Assembly (NCBI GenBank): GCA_951406725.2
Contig: OX597817.1
Location: 95,790,001-95,854,000 of the forward strand
Direction: 5' to 3'
Source: Octopus vulgaris
Lineage: Eukaryota
DNA length: 64,000 bases
The notes beneath the pieces are model-generated. The model was not told the DNA's origin. It searched no databases and saw only the letters and a list, made by a program, of their open reading frames with translations. The position numbers and the translations under genes are program-made. Positions 10,290-24,826 of this stretch are shown one piece after another. Every line of letters begins with the position of its first letter. Position 1 is the first letter of the stretch.

Positions 10290-12930
10290 TGTGTAGGTGT
10301 GTGTGTGTGCTTATATGTGCGTATATGTATACTTGTGTGCATGTATGTATGTGTGCGTGCGCGTGTGTGCGCATGTTTAGGTGTGCGTATGTATGTGTGT
10401 GTCAGTGCTTATATGTGTGTAAGTATGTGTATGTGTGCGTGCGCGTGGAGGTATATGTTGGGTGTGTGTATGTGCCGGTGTGCATGTGAATTTGTGTGTG
10501 TTTGTACGTGTGTAAGTGTGTGTGCGTGTGTTGTATATATAATATGTAAATGTGTGTGTGTGAGTGCGTGGGAGTGAATGTATGTATGTGTGTGCGTGTG
10601 TGTACAAAAAGTAGGGGTATTATATGTGTGTTTATATGTTTATGTGTGTGTATATATATATGCATGCAAGGAAACAATTTGCAACTGAAGGAATGATGGA
10701 AAAATACTCCCGCGGTGACAGGCGTAAGAGAAACCCAGAACGCGCCGGCCCCAGATACGAACCCGAGATTTAGCCAGAACCCACAAGCGTGGTGCATGCA
10801 TGTGTGTATGCGTGCGCGAGCGCGCGCATGCATGTGTGTGCGCGTGCATGCGAGTGTGTGTGTAAGTATGTGTGTGTGTGTGTATGTGTGAGTGTGTATG
10901 TGTGTATGTTTGTGTGTCTGTGTGTCCGTATGAATGTATGTAAGTATGTGTGTGTGTATATGTGTGTATGTATAGGTGTATGTATGTATGTGTGTGTGTG
11001 TGAGTGTGTATGTATGTATGTGTGGAAGTGTGTGTATGTGCATGTGTGTGCGCGTGCATGCGAGTGTGTGTGTAACTATGTGTGTGTGTATGTATGTGTG
11101 AGTGTGTAGGTGTGTATGTCTGTGTGTATATGTGTCCGTATGAGTGTATGTGAGTATGTATGGGTGTGTGTCTGTGTGTGTTTGTGTGTGTGTATGTATG
11201 TATAGATGTATGAGTGAAGGTATGAATGTATGTGTGTGTGTACGTATGTAATGTATGTATGTATGCGTGTGTGTGTGTGTATGTATGAGTGTGTGTGTGT
11301 ATGTAGGTGCGTATGTATGTGTGTGGGAGTGTAGGTGTGTGTGTGTGTGTGTATGTGTGCGTGTATATGTTGGTGTGTGTGTATGTGTGTGTGAGTGTAT
11401 GGGTGTATGTCATGCATGTGTGTGCGCGTGTAGGCGAGTGTGTGTGTGTATGTGTGTGTATGTATGTGTGAGTGTGTATGTGTGTATGTCTGTGTGTATG
11501 CGTGTCCGTATGAGAGTATGTAAGTGTGTGTGTGTGTATATGTGTATGTGTATGGGTGTATGTATGTATGTATGTGTGTGTGTGTATGTATGTATGTATG
11601 TATGTGTGGAAGTGTGTGTGTATGTATGTATGTGTGTGTGTATGTATGTGTGCATGCGTGTGTGTGTGTATGTATGTATGCGTGTATGTGTGTGTGTGTG
11701 TATGTATGCATGTGCGTATGCATGTGTGTGTGTGTGCATGTGTGTAAGTATATGTGTATGTGCGTATATGTGTGTGTATGTGTGTGTGTGTATGTATGTG
11801 TGTATGCATGTGTGTAGGCGTGTGTGTATAGGTGTATGTGTATATGTATGTATGGGTGTGTGTCTGTGTATGTTTGTGTGCGTGTGTATGTATGTATGTA
11901 TGTATGTATGTATGAGTGAAGGTATGAATGTATGTAAGTGTGTGTGTATGAATGTATGTAAGTGTTTGTATGTATGTATATGGGAGTGTAGGTGTGTGTG
12001 TGTGTGTATGTGTGCGTGTGCGCGTATATGTGGGTGTGTGTGTATGTGTGTGAGTGTGAGTGTAAGGGTGTATGTCTGTGTGTATGTATGCCTTATGTAT
12101 GTATGTGTGTGTATGTATATACGTGTGTGTATGTGTGTGTGTGTGTAGGTATGTATGTGTGTATGTATGTGTGTGTGTATGTATGTGTGTAAGTGTGTGT
12201 GCGTGTATGTATGTAGGTATGTAGGTGTGCGCACGGGCATGCAAGCATGTGTGTGTGTATGTATGTATACATACGCACGCACAACACACGCAGCGAGCTC
12301 ACACACACGACACACAAACAACACAACGCACGCATATGGGGCCGACCCGACCCCAGACCCGTGCCAGGGCGCGCGCGCGCGCGGACCCCCGAACACCCGC
12401 ACCACGAGAACCGAAGATCCATCAACCCATAAACCCGAAAGAAGGAGGGTGCGCCAAGATGCAAATATATGTATGTGTGTGTGCATTCGTGTAAACGTGT
12501 GCGTGTGTAGGTATGTATGTGTGTGTGCATGCGTGTATGTGTGCATGTGTGTGAGTGTATGTATGTATGTGTGTAAAGTATGTATGTACAATGTGTGTGT
12601 GTGTGTATGTGTGTATGTATGTGTGTATGTATGTGTGTGTGTGTGTATGTATGTGTGTGTGTGTGTATGTATGTATGTGTGTACGTATGTGCATGTTTGT
12701 TTGTTTGTTTGTGTGTGTATGTATGTATATATGTATGTGTGATTAAATGTGTGAATGTATGTACGTAGATGTGTATAAGTATGTGCGTGTGCGTGTGTGA
12801 ACGGGCGTGTGTGTGTGCGCGTGGGTATGTATAGGTGTGGAAGTATGTGTGCGTACAAGTGAGTGAGTAGGTTGTGTGTGTGTGGTGTGTAGGAGGTAGG
12901 TGTGTAGGAGGTAGGTGTGTGTGTGTGGGG
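10290..12930. repeat. Complex (TG)n/(TATG)n low-complexity tract with two short unique islands
   Basis: Seen directly. Islands are at about 10665-10795 and 12290-12465. Confidence 0.95.
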
Positions 12931-12951
12931 GGGGGGGTTCCGAAAAAAAAC

Positions 12952-15064
12952 CTAAGAGGAGGGGCCTGTGTTGAGTCCGTGTGGGGTAGTGGTTTGTAAG
13001 GTGAAGATGTAGTGTTGCTCCAAGTGGAGCCTAGATAGAGGACGACCGTTGTGTGGGGCGAGACCAAACACTGAGATGTCATCTGGGGAATGGCTGGCCG
13101 AGCAGAAGTGGCGGGCGACGGGAGAAAAAGAGCGTAGGCAAACGTCCCTCAGATGTTCTGCGAATCGGTCAGACAACCGGCGACCCGTCTGTCCTACATA
13201 CAGCATCCCGCATAGGTTGCATTTAATGCAGTATATGAGGCCAGACGAGGTGCACGTAAAAGAATGTCTAATACGTACAGTTCGCCGGTTGGAGCCGGTA
13301 ACAGCAGTGGTGTTGGTGATGAAGGGGCAGGTGTTGCAGCGGGATCTAGAGCACGGGAATGATCCGTGTGGGGCTGAGGGGGAAGGAGAGAGGGTGCTAT
13401 GGACCAGGAGGTCGCGTAGATTCCAGGCTCATTTGAAGGAGGACAGGGGTGAGTTGGGGAAAATGGGGCGGGTAGTGGGATCGAGCTGGAGGCGACGGAA
13501 GGCACGTAGTATCTTCCGACGAAGGGGTAGAGTAGAGGGGTGGAAAAGGGGGGGGAAGGGGGTGCGGTTGGGGGGTGGGTGAGAGGAAGGTGACAGGGCA
13601 GTGGTGCGGTCGATGCGACGGGCGCGGGCGAAGGCATTTGAGATGAGTGTAGGTGGGTAACCTCGGAGTCTGAACAGGCGGGCCAGGTATTGAGATTGAG
13701 TCTCGAAATCCTGGTCGCGGCTGCACAAGCGTCGGAGGCGGAGGAACTGGGAGTAGGGGATGGCCCGTTTGGTGTGGAAGGGGTGGGAGGAGGAGAAGTT
13801 GAGATAGAGGTGGGAATCCGTGGGTTTAATGAAGGCAGTGGTGGTGAGAGAGTGGGGGGGGTCGATTCGGAGAGAGATGTCAAGTAAGTTGACAGATGTG
13901 TTGGAGATGGTTGAGGTGAATTGTAGAGAGGGGTGAAAGTTGGAAAGGAAAGAGATGAATTGGCAGAGAAGTTCACGGGAAAGGGAGGTGGCGCCTATGC
14001 AGTCGTCTATATAGCGACCGTATAGTCCAGGGGTCGGCCCGGAGAATTGAGAGAATACTTCGGCCTCAATGTAGCCAAGAAAGAGATTAGCGAAATTGGG
14101 GCCCATTCTCGTTCCCATCGCGACCCCGGACACCTGTTGGTACGTTACCCCGGCGAACGTGAAACAGTTGAGGGTGAGGACGAGCTCAGCCAAGCGGAGG
14201 AGGGTGGGGTGCTAGGGGTGGGGTCGGGACGACGGTCGAGGAAGTGTTGGAGGGCTAGGAGACCGTCATTATGGGGAATCACAGTGTACAGGGATTTTAC
14301 ATCTAAGGTGAAGAGGAGGTGTGAGGGGCTGGAAGGGAAGGAAAAGGAATTAAAGAGACGGAGGGCGTGGTTGGTGTCGTGTATGTGGGATGGGAGGGCT
14401 GCGACTAAGGGGGACAGGATGCGGTCGAGGTATAGGGAAATGTGTTCAGTGGGGCAATTACAGGCAGAGACTATGGGACGGCCAGGATTATTGGGTTTAT
14501 GGATCTTGGGAAGGAAATAGATGGTGGAGGTGCGGGGTGTGCGGACGATGAGGTTGGTGGCGGTGGGGGGGAGAGCAGAAGAGGAGATGAAGCCGCGGAT
14601 GGTGGAGGACACTCGCTGTTGGTGGGAGGAGGTGGGATCGGAGGGGAGGAGGCGATAGAAGAGGGGATTTTGAAGCTGGCTGAGCGCTTCCTCCCTGTAT
14701 AGATCCGCGCGCCACACCACCACTGCCCCGCCTTTGTCCGCCGGTTTGATGACATTGACATTGCGGCGGCGGAGGTGGCGAAGGGCAATCGATTCAGCCC
14801 GAGTGAGGTTGTCTCGGAGGGGTCTTTGTTCAAAGTTGAACCAGTGGACCAACGCGTTGCAGTCATGCACAAACAAATCTAGGCTACTGAATAGGCCTGA
14901 GGGCGGCCTCCAGTTGGATGGACGGCGCCCCAGCTCCAAAAGGCAATCCTGATTGTTGTGACGCTGCGGGGACGCGTGGAAGAATGCGCAAAATTTGAGG
15001 CGGCGCAGGAACAGGTTGACGTCAGTCCGAGTCTCGAACTCATCACAGTGGCGCGTGAGAGGCG
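12952..15064 (-). pseudogene. PLE reverse transcriptase + Cys-rich linker + GIY-YIG endonuclease (frameshift near 14195, in-frame stop near 13430)
   Basis: Motifs: IKPADKGGAVVV, LPKIHKPNNPGRPIVS, TLDVKSLYTVIP, GVAMGTRMGPNFANLF, RYIDD, linker CSRSRCNTC, LIYCIKC..C...YVGQTGRRLSDRFAEH, TPHGLN. Confidence 0.95.
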
Positions 15065-15723
15065 TATATATATATATACAATGAATGAGGGAATCTAAAC
15101 GAAGTTCACGAGAATCTTTATTCATTACAAAAATCATTTTGAGCCATCGGTCCCTTGCGGATGGAATACTGTATAACTGGTGGTGTTGTACCCTTCGTTG
15201 TAGATGTATATCGTCAGGTGTCTTGTTTTAAAAAAGATACCTCGCTCAATATACTCAGTTACTCAATATACTCGATCCACTCAGATCGATTATACAGTAT
15301 GTTGTTGCTAGTAGGTTGTTGGCAATAACAACAGGGGACGGATACAATTTTCGGGCTCACTATGGGTCACAGTGAATACATGACAGATTGAAATAACAAA
15401 AAAATTAAAAAAAGATAAAAGATAAGAAGTAATAGATAAAATGTAGAAAGATAATTGTACACGAGTAGATACAAACCCATACAGACGGACACTCCCCTCC
15501 CATACCCACGCTCATGCTGTTAAGAAGGTGTTGCATACGGTTATAAAGAACTAAGATGTTCTTATCAGAGGCAAAAAGACCAGTGCGGACAGTTTACAGT
15601 CGGTTACAGATGACTAGGCCGGGGTGTCTGGCGACGGTTTGATGTACTTATACAAACTGCCCTGTCACCATAGTCGTATTGTTATAAAGTTTTATGCGTG
15701 TATATATATATACATATACATGC

Positions 15724-15762
<39 letters not shown>

Positions 15763-15955
15763 TATTTCAGACAAGTACTCATTTATTTATATCTGTGTAC
15801 TGGCACACGCGCGCACATGCGTGTGCCAGTACACATATCTCTACGTATACACACACACACTTATATATACATACATACATACATACATATATATATATAT
15901 ATATGTGTGTGTGTGGGGGGTGTATATATATAAATATATATATGTGTGTGGGGGG

Positions 15956-15990
<35 letters not shown>

Positions 15991-16054
15991 TAGCTGAAGG
16001 TGACCCGCTCTACGCGCGGGTAAGAGTGTGGTTGTTACTTTCTGTTGCTTCCTT

Positions 16055-16368
16055 TCAGCACGTAAAAAGCACCATTCGAACGTGGCCGATTGCAGCGACG
16101 CCTTGACTGGCTTCTGTGCCGGTGGCACGTAAAAAGCACTAACCGATCGTGGCCGCTGCCAGCCCCCCTGGCACCTGTGCTGGCGGCACGAAAAAAGCAC
16201 CCACTACGCTCACAGAGTGGTTGGCGTTAGGAAGGGCATCCACCTGTAGAAACACTTCCAGATCAGACTGGAGCCTGGTGCAGCCTCCTGGCTTCCCAGA
16301 CCCCAGTCGAACCGTCCAACCCATGCTAGCACGGAAAACGGACGTTAAACGATGATGATGCTGATGAT
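16055..16368 (+). mobile_element. 5'-truncated SINE-like retroposon with (GAT)n tail
   Basis: Repeated GCACGTAAAAAGCAC modules, a GTTGGCGTTAGGAAGGGCATCC segment and an end of AAACGATGATGATG. Confidence 0.7.
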
Positions 16369-16909
16369 TGTCCCTCTTTGTTTCTCACTCCTTTCTCTCT
16401 CACCTTCCCACTCTCTTACTTTTCTTTCTCTCGGACTCTCCCTCGCTTTTTCTTACTCTCTATCTTTCTCTATCTCTCTCCCATTTATAAACAACAAAAT
16501 ATCTTGAGTAAGTTCAGAAATAAAATATTTAGAAAGATCAATCATAAATATCAGGCAGTGGCAACGGAAAGGTCTGCTTCAAGGCAGACAGCAAAACGCT
16601 AACATTTAAAAGGGACAGACGAACTTGCGAGCTGAATAAAAATAATAAAATATTGGAAACCAAAGTTTGAAGGGATAGAATGTGAGGATAGTAAAGTTAC
16701 CATGGCTGGCATTTCTTAACGACGGACAGCAACGTATTGACAGTTTAACGGCTGGCGTAAAATGTTGAACTTGATGTAAAAGAAAATTCGTAAACACCAA
16801 GTTTTGAAGTGATTCTTTCTCACGACAGTAGACTCACCATGGCAAGCATTCAAAACTTCTTCATCATGGACGGCAACACATTGACGATTAAAAGGCTGGT
16901 GCAAATTTT

Positions 16910-17939
<1,030 letters not shown>

Positions 17940-18083
17940 TCTCATACGTGAGCGTTGACGCTGAATTCGACTGGTAAGCAGGTAACCTTGTCTTTGCTGA
18001 AATAGTTGTGAGCTGCTGGAGTTATTTCTCTGACGGGTAATAGGAATTTCCATATTCTCCGAGGAAACGAACTGTTGACCCAG

Positions 18084-18936
18084 ACTGTCATGCTATTAGC
18101 TGTCAGAAGTGAAAGTACGTCAACTTCGTGTATTTACGTCAGGTTTATACCTTCGTTAATTTACACCGTTTATTTACGTACCACCACGCTGTTAGGTTTA
18201 TAAAACAATTGAAGTTCAGTTTAAAGTTTATAAATAAATACATTTAATTCCCCATTATAGTAATATTTGTCTGTTGAAATCCGTTTTAATTCGGTCAATA
18301 GTTTAATTAAAGATGTGTCTATACATGTATATATATATATATATACATATGTATATATACATGTGTATACATATATATATATACATGTGTATATATACAT
18401 GTGTATACATATATATATATATACATGTGTAATGTATACACATGTATATATACACATGTATATATATATATATACATGTATAGACACATCTTTAATTAAA
18501 CTATTGACCGCCTTAAAACGGATTTCAACAGACAAATATTACTATAATGGATAATATAAGCATATAACTACTTATACACACATACAATAAATACAGACAC
18601 ACACACATTAGTCAGACATATAGCCACATATACACACACATGTGTATGATTGGTGTATGTGATCGCGGTGGTGGTGGTCATTTGTGCAGATTTGGTGTGA
18701 TTTCTTTTTTAAAAAACAATAATGAATAATGCAAGAATATATTTATTTATAAAGTTTAAACAGAACATGGAATGAAATGTATTTATTTATAAACTTTAAA
18801 CTGAACTTCAATTGTTTTATTAACCTAACAGCGTGGTGGTACATAAATAAACGGTGTAAATTAACGAAGGTATAAACCTGACGTAAATACACGAAGTTGA
18901 CGTACTTTCACTTCTGACAGCTAATAGCATGACAGT
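18084..18936. repeat. Nested inverted repeats
   Basis: Outer arms are 18084-18250 and 18768-18936. A separate, off-centre palindrome lies at 18252-18550. Confidence 0.9.
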
Positions 18937-19892
18937 GCCTTAATTTTAATAAAAGCATCAATTTAAGAAAAAATAATAAAGTAGTAAAAAATGAAAATTT
19001 AGCACGAAAAATTTGCAGGGTTCTAAATAAATGTTAAAATGTAGTATATGTATAAATTAACTTAGAGATAAAACCACTAATAGGCAAATGAAACAGTAAA
19101 AAACCAAAAACAAAAACATAAAAATAAAAATATATTATAGAAAATATATAAAATTGAAAAATTTAAATTATTTAAATTTAAAATGGAAATTATTAAATTA
19201 TATTCATAATTTGTTTAAAAATATATATAACTATGAAAAAGTATTAAAAAGTTTAATATACATAAATACAGATATATACACTTTGTATATATACATTATA
19301 TATACATATTTATATATCGAGCACACACACACACACACATATATAAATGAACGCAATGAATATCTGATTCATAATATTTGTTCTCATGATTGTGTGTTTG
19401 TGGTGGCGTGTGGCGATGATAATTCTCCCTATGAATGCAGACAGATACATCAAAGAACACCGTCTGACGAACTTTACATTAAATAACGGGAGTAGACTTG
19501 TCAAAGTTATACATGAAGGGGAGTTAGAGGGGAATGGAGGAAATAGCGTGAGTGAGGAAGATGGCCCCTAGCAACCACACCTTTTAAGATAGGGATTTCT
19601 AAGGTAGCCCACGGGCATCGTCACCTCATTCTACATGTCCCTGTAAATTTTGGAGCGAATCGGACGGGATGTAGTGGCATTGAAAGCGAGCCAAGCGGTA
19701 AAAACGCATTTCAGTTTTATATAGAGAGATAAGATATATATATATATATATAAATAGGTGAATGAATTATTCTATGTTTATCGTCAGCATGGAAGATTCG
19801 TTGAACCGAAATCAGGGTAGCAAATTAACGTCAGAAACACGGTTGTCCAAGGGTAGAAACTCCGGGTTCATGTGCAGAAATTTGTGTGTTGT

Positions 19893-20074
19893 ATATGAAT
19901 AAATGAAAGAATGGAGTCGAACGAAGATGTTAACAAAATTCCTTTACTCTTGACATATGTTTCGAAGACAACATGGTTTCATTCCAAAGGATTGAGACCA
20001 TGTTGTCTTCGAAACATATGTCGAGAGTAAAGGAATTTTGTTAACATCTTCTTTCGACTCCATTCTTTCATTTA

Positions 20075-20079
<5 letters not shown>
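19893..20079. repeat. Palindrome of a PLE pLTR end (3' half of an HHR, GAAACATATGTC, on both strands)
   Basis: Arms of about 90 bp are centred near 19985. Related to 7600-7670. Confidence 0.85.
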
Positions 20080-20158
<79 letters not shown>

Positions 20159-20579
20159 TGTATGTATGTATGTATATTCGTACATTTACAGATATATCCA
20201 AATATCTGTTCTTCCATACATACATATTTACAAATACATGTACATATCTATATCTCCGTACATACACACGCTAATACTTGTTCGAAAAGGCACATATGTA
20301 CTTTGTAGTACTCAGACTCCCATGCAGTTAAGTCAGACACACAGACACTCTCCGAGGTTAAATAGATAATTAAACACTAATTTCAATAAATATCGTATAA
20401 GTTCGAGTCAAATAGTTAGTTAGTTCGTATAGCTTGGCTAAACAATTTGTAATTGTATAGTCCGTCTATACTACTTAATGGAATACATCAGTCTATGATT
20501 TATAACATATAACATATACCGTATAACATATAACATATATCACATAAAATACACTATAACCTTACTGACTTGAATCCAA

Positions 20580-21290
20580 TGTTACTGTGCGTACATTGGC
20601 ATATTTTCGTCGCTCCGAAAGTAATATTCTGGGACAAACACACGTGTAGCGGCACAAGCAGTCAGTGCCCTACTGGATGAGATCTCGCGGCAGCTATTGC
20701 TATCTCCGAGACTGGAGCGAGACCTCACCTGCATCCATTTGCTATGCACGAGATCACAATGAGACTCGCAATGACAAACTGTATATAAGTGGCAAAACAG
20801 ATTGAGATTCTTCCTCTCTCTTTGCCGTATATTCGGACATTTCATCGTACATTTCATCCGTCAAAACCTCGTGGAATATTTCCAATGGCGATCTTCCATG
20901 TTCAAAGTTTGCTTTTAAGCCAGGCGTACCAGTAAAACCATGCTAACGGACGAAATTGTCTCTCGCTTCCCACACGACATTCTATGGTCCAGGGACACTC
21001 ATTGCTGCCCGCCTGTACCTTTGATTCACCGGAATATCATCATCACTATCGGAATGATCTGATACTGAACTTGGAAAATACTCACAATCCGAATCATCGT
21101 TCGAATGGGGAGAAACAACTGGTGAGGTGGTAGAGTTTGGTGTAGCTTGGCACGACGACCATTAATTCGACGGAACAGGACGCGACGACAAAGTTGAAGG
21201 AGCCGGAGTGGTAAGACGCGACGACGGTAAGTTCGACGAAACAGGATGCGACGACGAAGTTGACAGAGCCGGAATAGCAGGACCAGCCTA
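20580..21290 (-). pseudogene. piggyBac-like transposase relic (internally deleted)
   Basis: The minus strand reads acidic SDCEYFPSSVSDHSDSDDD, then W....FTGTPGLK...SPLE..., TDEMYDEMSEYT, with stops. A Cys-rich remnant lies near 20650. Confidence 0.5.
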
Positions 21291-22557
21291 TCAGGTTGTA
21301 TATATTTACATGAAATGTTTAATCAGCCAGGTGGACCGGTGTTGACTCAGGTGACAGGTTCTAAGTCAGGCGGCATCTGTAAATTTACGTCAACCGTTTT
21401 AAAAAGTTTATCTTGCCCATAAATAGTACAGCATCATTTAATTTACTGCATCAAATCCCAAGATTGTGAAGAAATATATGTGGGTCAAACTGGAAGTGCA
21501 CTATCAGAACATTCACGTGTGCACCAACAGCAAATTAGAGACCCAAATGTTTGTCAAATACCTTTGAGTAACCATCAAGCAACATGTAGTCGGAAAATAT
21601 CTTATTTCCATTCGACAAACTACACAGTCTAAGTGAAATCGTGAGAAAACTCAGAAAAAAGAACATTATTGATAAATTCCAACTCGAGTTAAATAAACAA
21701 TAATAATAATACTTAGAGCTACTAATTCTACTGCTACGACCACTACCACTAACATCAACAATGACAATACTAAAGGTTCTCATGATGACGATAGCAGGAA
21801 AATACTCGCTAAGAGAAAAGTCAGTAAAAATAATCATATTTAGGGTTTAAAGTTCTATTACCACAGCTACTCCTACCACCACCACCAATGACAACAATAA
21901 TAAAGGTGATGATAATGATGATGATCATAATTGAAACATAAAAATCCCTGGGGAATATTGTTTACAACATTTCCAAAAATAGTCAAACTATTACTGCTTT
22001 GGCCAGGGTCAAAATACAGGTCTCTTGACATGTTCAACAAACTGTGACGCCTAAACCAGACACCAATCAACTTAAGTAATTTAGTAAAGCCACACACGTT
22101 TTGGTCAGAATACAGTTTGCAAAACTTAACATTCTGGAGCTTATACAAATGTATTTAAGGTACACATTGTAACCATCCCACTACAGTTGTAAATTGTAAA
22201 GCATAGCTGTCATCACTACTATATGCACCTGAAGATTGCATAGTTTAATACATGAAAGTACTAGTTCAACCAGAATGGACATTTAATATTCTATCATTTC
22301 TTTGTTATACTATCTTTATACTATATGATTGTAAATAAAATATGAAAATAAGACAAAATTGGAATCTCTTTGAGTAGTACATTCTTCAATACACAATCAT
22401 ACACACCCGTGTATATATATATATATGAATATATTTATATGTATATTTCTATGATTGTATATATGCATGCAAGAAAATATGTATGTGTGTGTATGTGCAT
22501 GTATGTATGTATGTATGTATGTATGTATGTATGTATGTATGTATGTATATATATTTT

Positions 22558-22626
<69 letters not shown>

Positions 22627-22851
22627 GCGAGCGAGAGCGAGAGAGGTTCAGTTCGGTGGTGCAAACAGGAAAATAGAACTTAAAATATGAGTATATGTAA
22701 GCAATTACAAATCACGCGGATAATTCATATTATTCAAATAGTTTGCTCGTTATGCCTTTCAGTAAGTAGATTCACAAATAAATAAAGGAAAATGTCTGCA
22801 TACATACACATACGCATACACATAGAAGCCACTGTTGGTTGATATAAATAC

Positions 22852-22896
<45 letters not shown>

Positions 22897-23727
22897 ACAT
22901 ACAGATGTGTATATATATATATCCACACTCGAACATAAGGATATGCGTAAATCACATACACATGCACATATAAACATTTGAATAGATGTATCTATACAAT
23001 GAATCAAAGCATGTATACACAAAGACGCATAAAGGCGTCTAATTACGCATACACACACATGCGCACCCCACTGCACGCACGCACATGCATACATACACAT
23101 ATGAGTGAAGACGCTATGGTAATCACCTATCTTCCCGTTACATGAACAAAAGTAAAGTTGGCTAACCACATATGGTGCTTGAAGACCAATTCTACACCAA
23201 TACAATCAAGTGCAAAATTGTAGAAAAGTGCATGCCATATGTTAATGGATTTTAAAAAATGTAAGTTATGCGCAGCCGAAAGATTGCATATCTTTTTTAG
23301 ATCTAAAAATTTCACCGCTCTACTGAATTACAGATCTGAAACTATTAGCAATTGCAAACATATGAGCAAATTTCTTTTGACCAATCGGAGAACACAACTC
23401 TCTCCTGATTGAGCAGCTGTATGGCACACTTTAGACCCCTTCTACATCAACTAGTTTTATGAATTTAAAGTCAAACGAGACATAGCTCTAATTTTCTATG
23501 CTTTTGTTTCTTTCACCCTTCTTTTTGCATCCACCTTCCTCTTGTTTTTTTGTGATTTCTTTTGTTCTATTGTCCTAATTTATAAGTAGTATAGGCCATG
23601 TTCTCAGAGCTTGGATATTACATGAAGATACTAGGTGTGTTGCTAAAACTTGTCAGAAATATCTTTAATGTATGAAACTATTAATAGCTATTAACTATAT
23701 ACTGTGTACATTAAACAGTATATATAT

Positions 23728-23940
23728 TTCTTTACTGCCCACAAGGGGCTAAACATAGAGGGACAAACAAGGACAGACAAACGGATTAAGTCGATTACAT
23801 CGACCCCAGTGCGAAACTGGTACTTTATTTATCGACCCCGAAAGTCGACCTCGGCGGAATTTGAACTCAGAACGTAACGACAGACGAAATACGGCTACGC
23901 ATTTCGCCCGGCACGCTAACGTTTCTGCCAGCTCGCCGCC
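23728..23940 (-). mobile_element. tRNA-derived SINE (GGCGGCGAGCTGGCAGAA family)
   Basis: An A/B-box-like head (GAGTTCAAATTCC), a GGTCGATAAATAAAGTACCAG core and an A-rich tail. Confidence 0.75.
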
Positions 23941-24002
23941 ATCATTAAACAGTATATATCTGTGTGCGTGCATGTGTGTGGTGTAAATATATACAATACT
24001 TA

Positions 24003-24034
<32 letters not shown>

Positions 24035-24046
<12 letters not shown>

Positions 24047-24111
24047 TGAGAGCAGAGAAAATGATAAACAAAAGAAATGGATATAAAACAGGCATATATA
24101 TGTATATATAC

Positions 24112-24161
<50 letters not shown>

Positions 24162-24226
24162 TGAGAGCAGAGAAAATGATAAACAAAAGAAATGGATATA
24201 AAACAGGCATATATATGTATATATAC

Positions 24227-24266
<40 letters not shown>

Positions 24267-24328
24267 TGACAGCAGAGAAAATGATAAAGAAAAGAAATGG
24301 ATATATATGTATATATATGTATATATAC

Positions 24329-24330
<2 letters not shown>
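24035..24330. repeat. Three copies of a roughly 110-bp unit separated by (TA)n
   Basis: AAATAATGAGAGCAGAGAAAATGATAAACAAAAGAAATGGATATA occurs three times. Confidence 0.9.
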
Positions 24331-24374
<44 letters not shown>

Positions 24375-24801
24375 ATATATATATAAGTTAAAAATGTATA
24401 GTAAATGCACAAATGAAAAACAGTCTCAAAATGGCAAGTTAAAAATGTAAGAAGCAAAAATTTGATACGAGGAGGGAGTAAATTGAACTAACAAATGGGA
24501 TCTGAAAACTGATAAATTAGCTAAATTAAGATATGATTTACAATGAACTGTCTCTTATTGTCAGATGGGATGTTGACTCAGATAAAGGTGTATGTGTAAG
24601 CCATGACACACATGCGCGTGCGCGCGTACACACACACACACGTACATGGATGCAGTTAAATCATTTATTCCGTGTTCATTGCATTGGTAATCGAAAGTAA
24701 AATATAAATTTAAGATAACTATCTTAGTAATTTTTACTGAGATAAGCATTTCAGCGTTTGATCGTATACTAACGGTGATATAACTTTCTTTCTCTTTGCA
24801 G

Positions 24802-24826
24802 AACTTCCAGACATCTATATGTGAAG
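24802..24826 (+). CDS. VWA-domain gene, candidate 25-nt micro-exon (NFQTSICE)
   Basis: Strong acceptor TTTCTTTCTCTTTGCAG and donor AAG|GTAAAA. Ends in phase 1, matching the exon at 32889. Confidence 0.55.

Larger units (their letters stand above)
9677..15064 (-). mobile_element. 5'-truncated Neptune-type Penelope-like retroelement with 3' pLTR
   Basis: An RT plus GIY-YIG coding region is followed on the minus strand by a CA-rich tract and a terminal repeat with an HHR-like motif. Both ends are at (TA)n. Confidence 0.85.

Noticed and set aside
10289-13082. Long His/Thr/Tyr- or Val/Cys/Met-rich ORFs (up to 549 aa), and similar YIYI ORFs elsewhere
   Set aside because: These are translations of (TG)n/(TATG)n/(TA)n microsatellites that lack stop codons. 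There is no coding signal.
13049-14952. Plus-strand and alternate-frame ORFs overlapping the PLE RT
   Set aside because: These are shadow ORFs of a GC-rich coding strand.
23595-23669. Possible first coding exon of the VWA gene (MFSELGYYMKILGVLLKLVRNIFN, donor GTATGA, phase 0)
   Set aside because: It is phase-compatible, but the donor is weak and the peptide is not a convincing signal sequence. Transcript data are needed.
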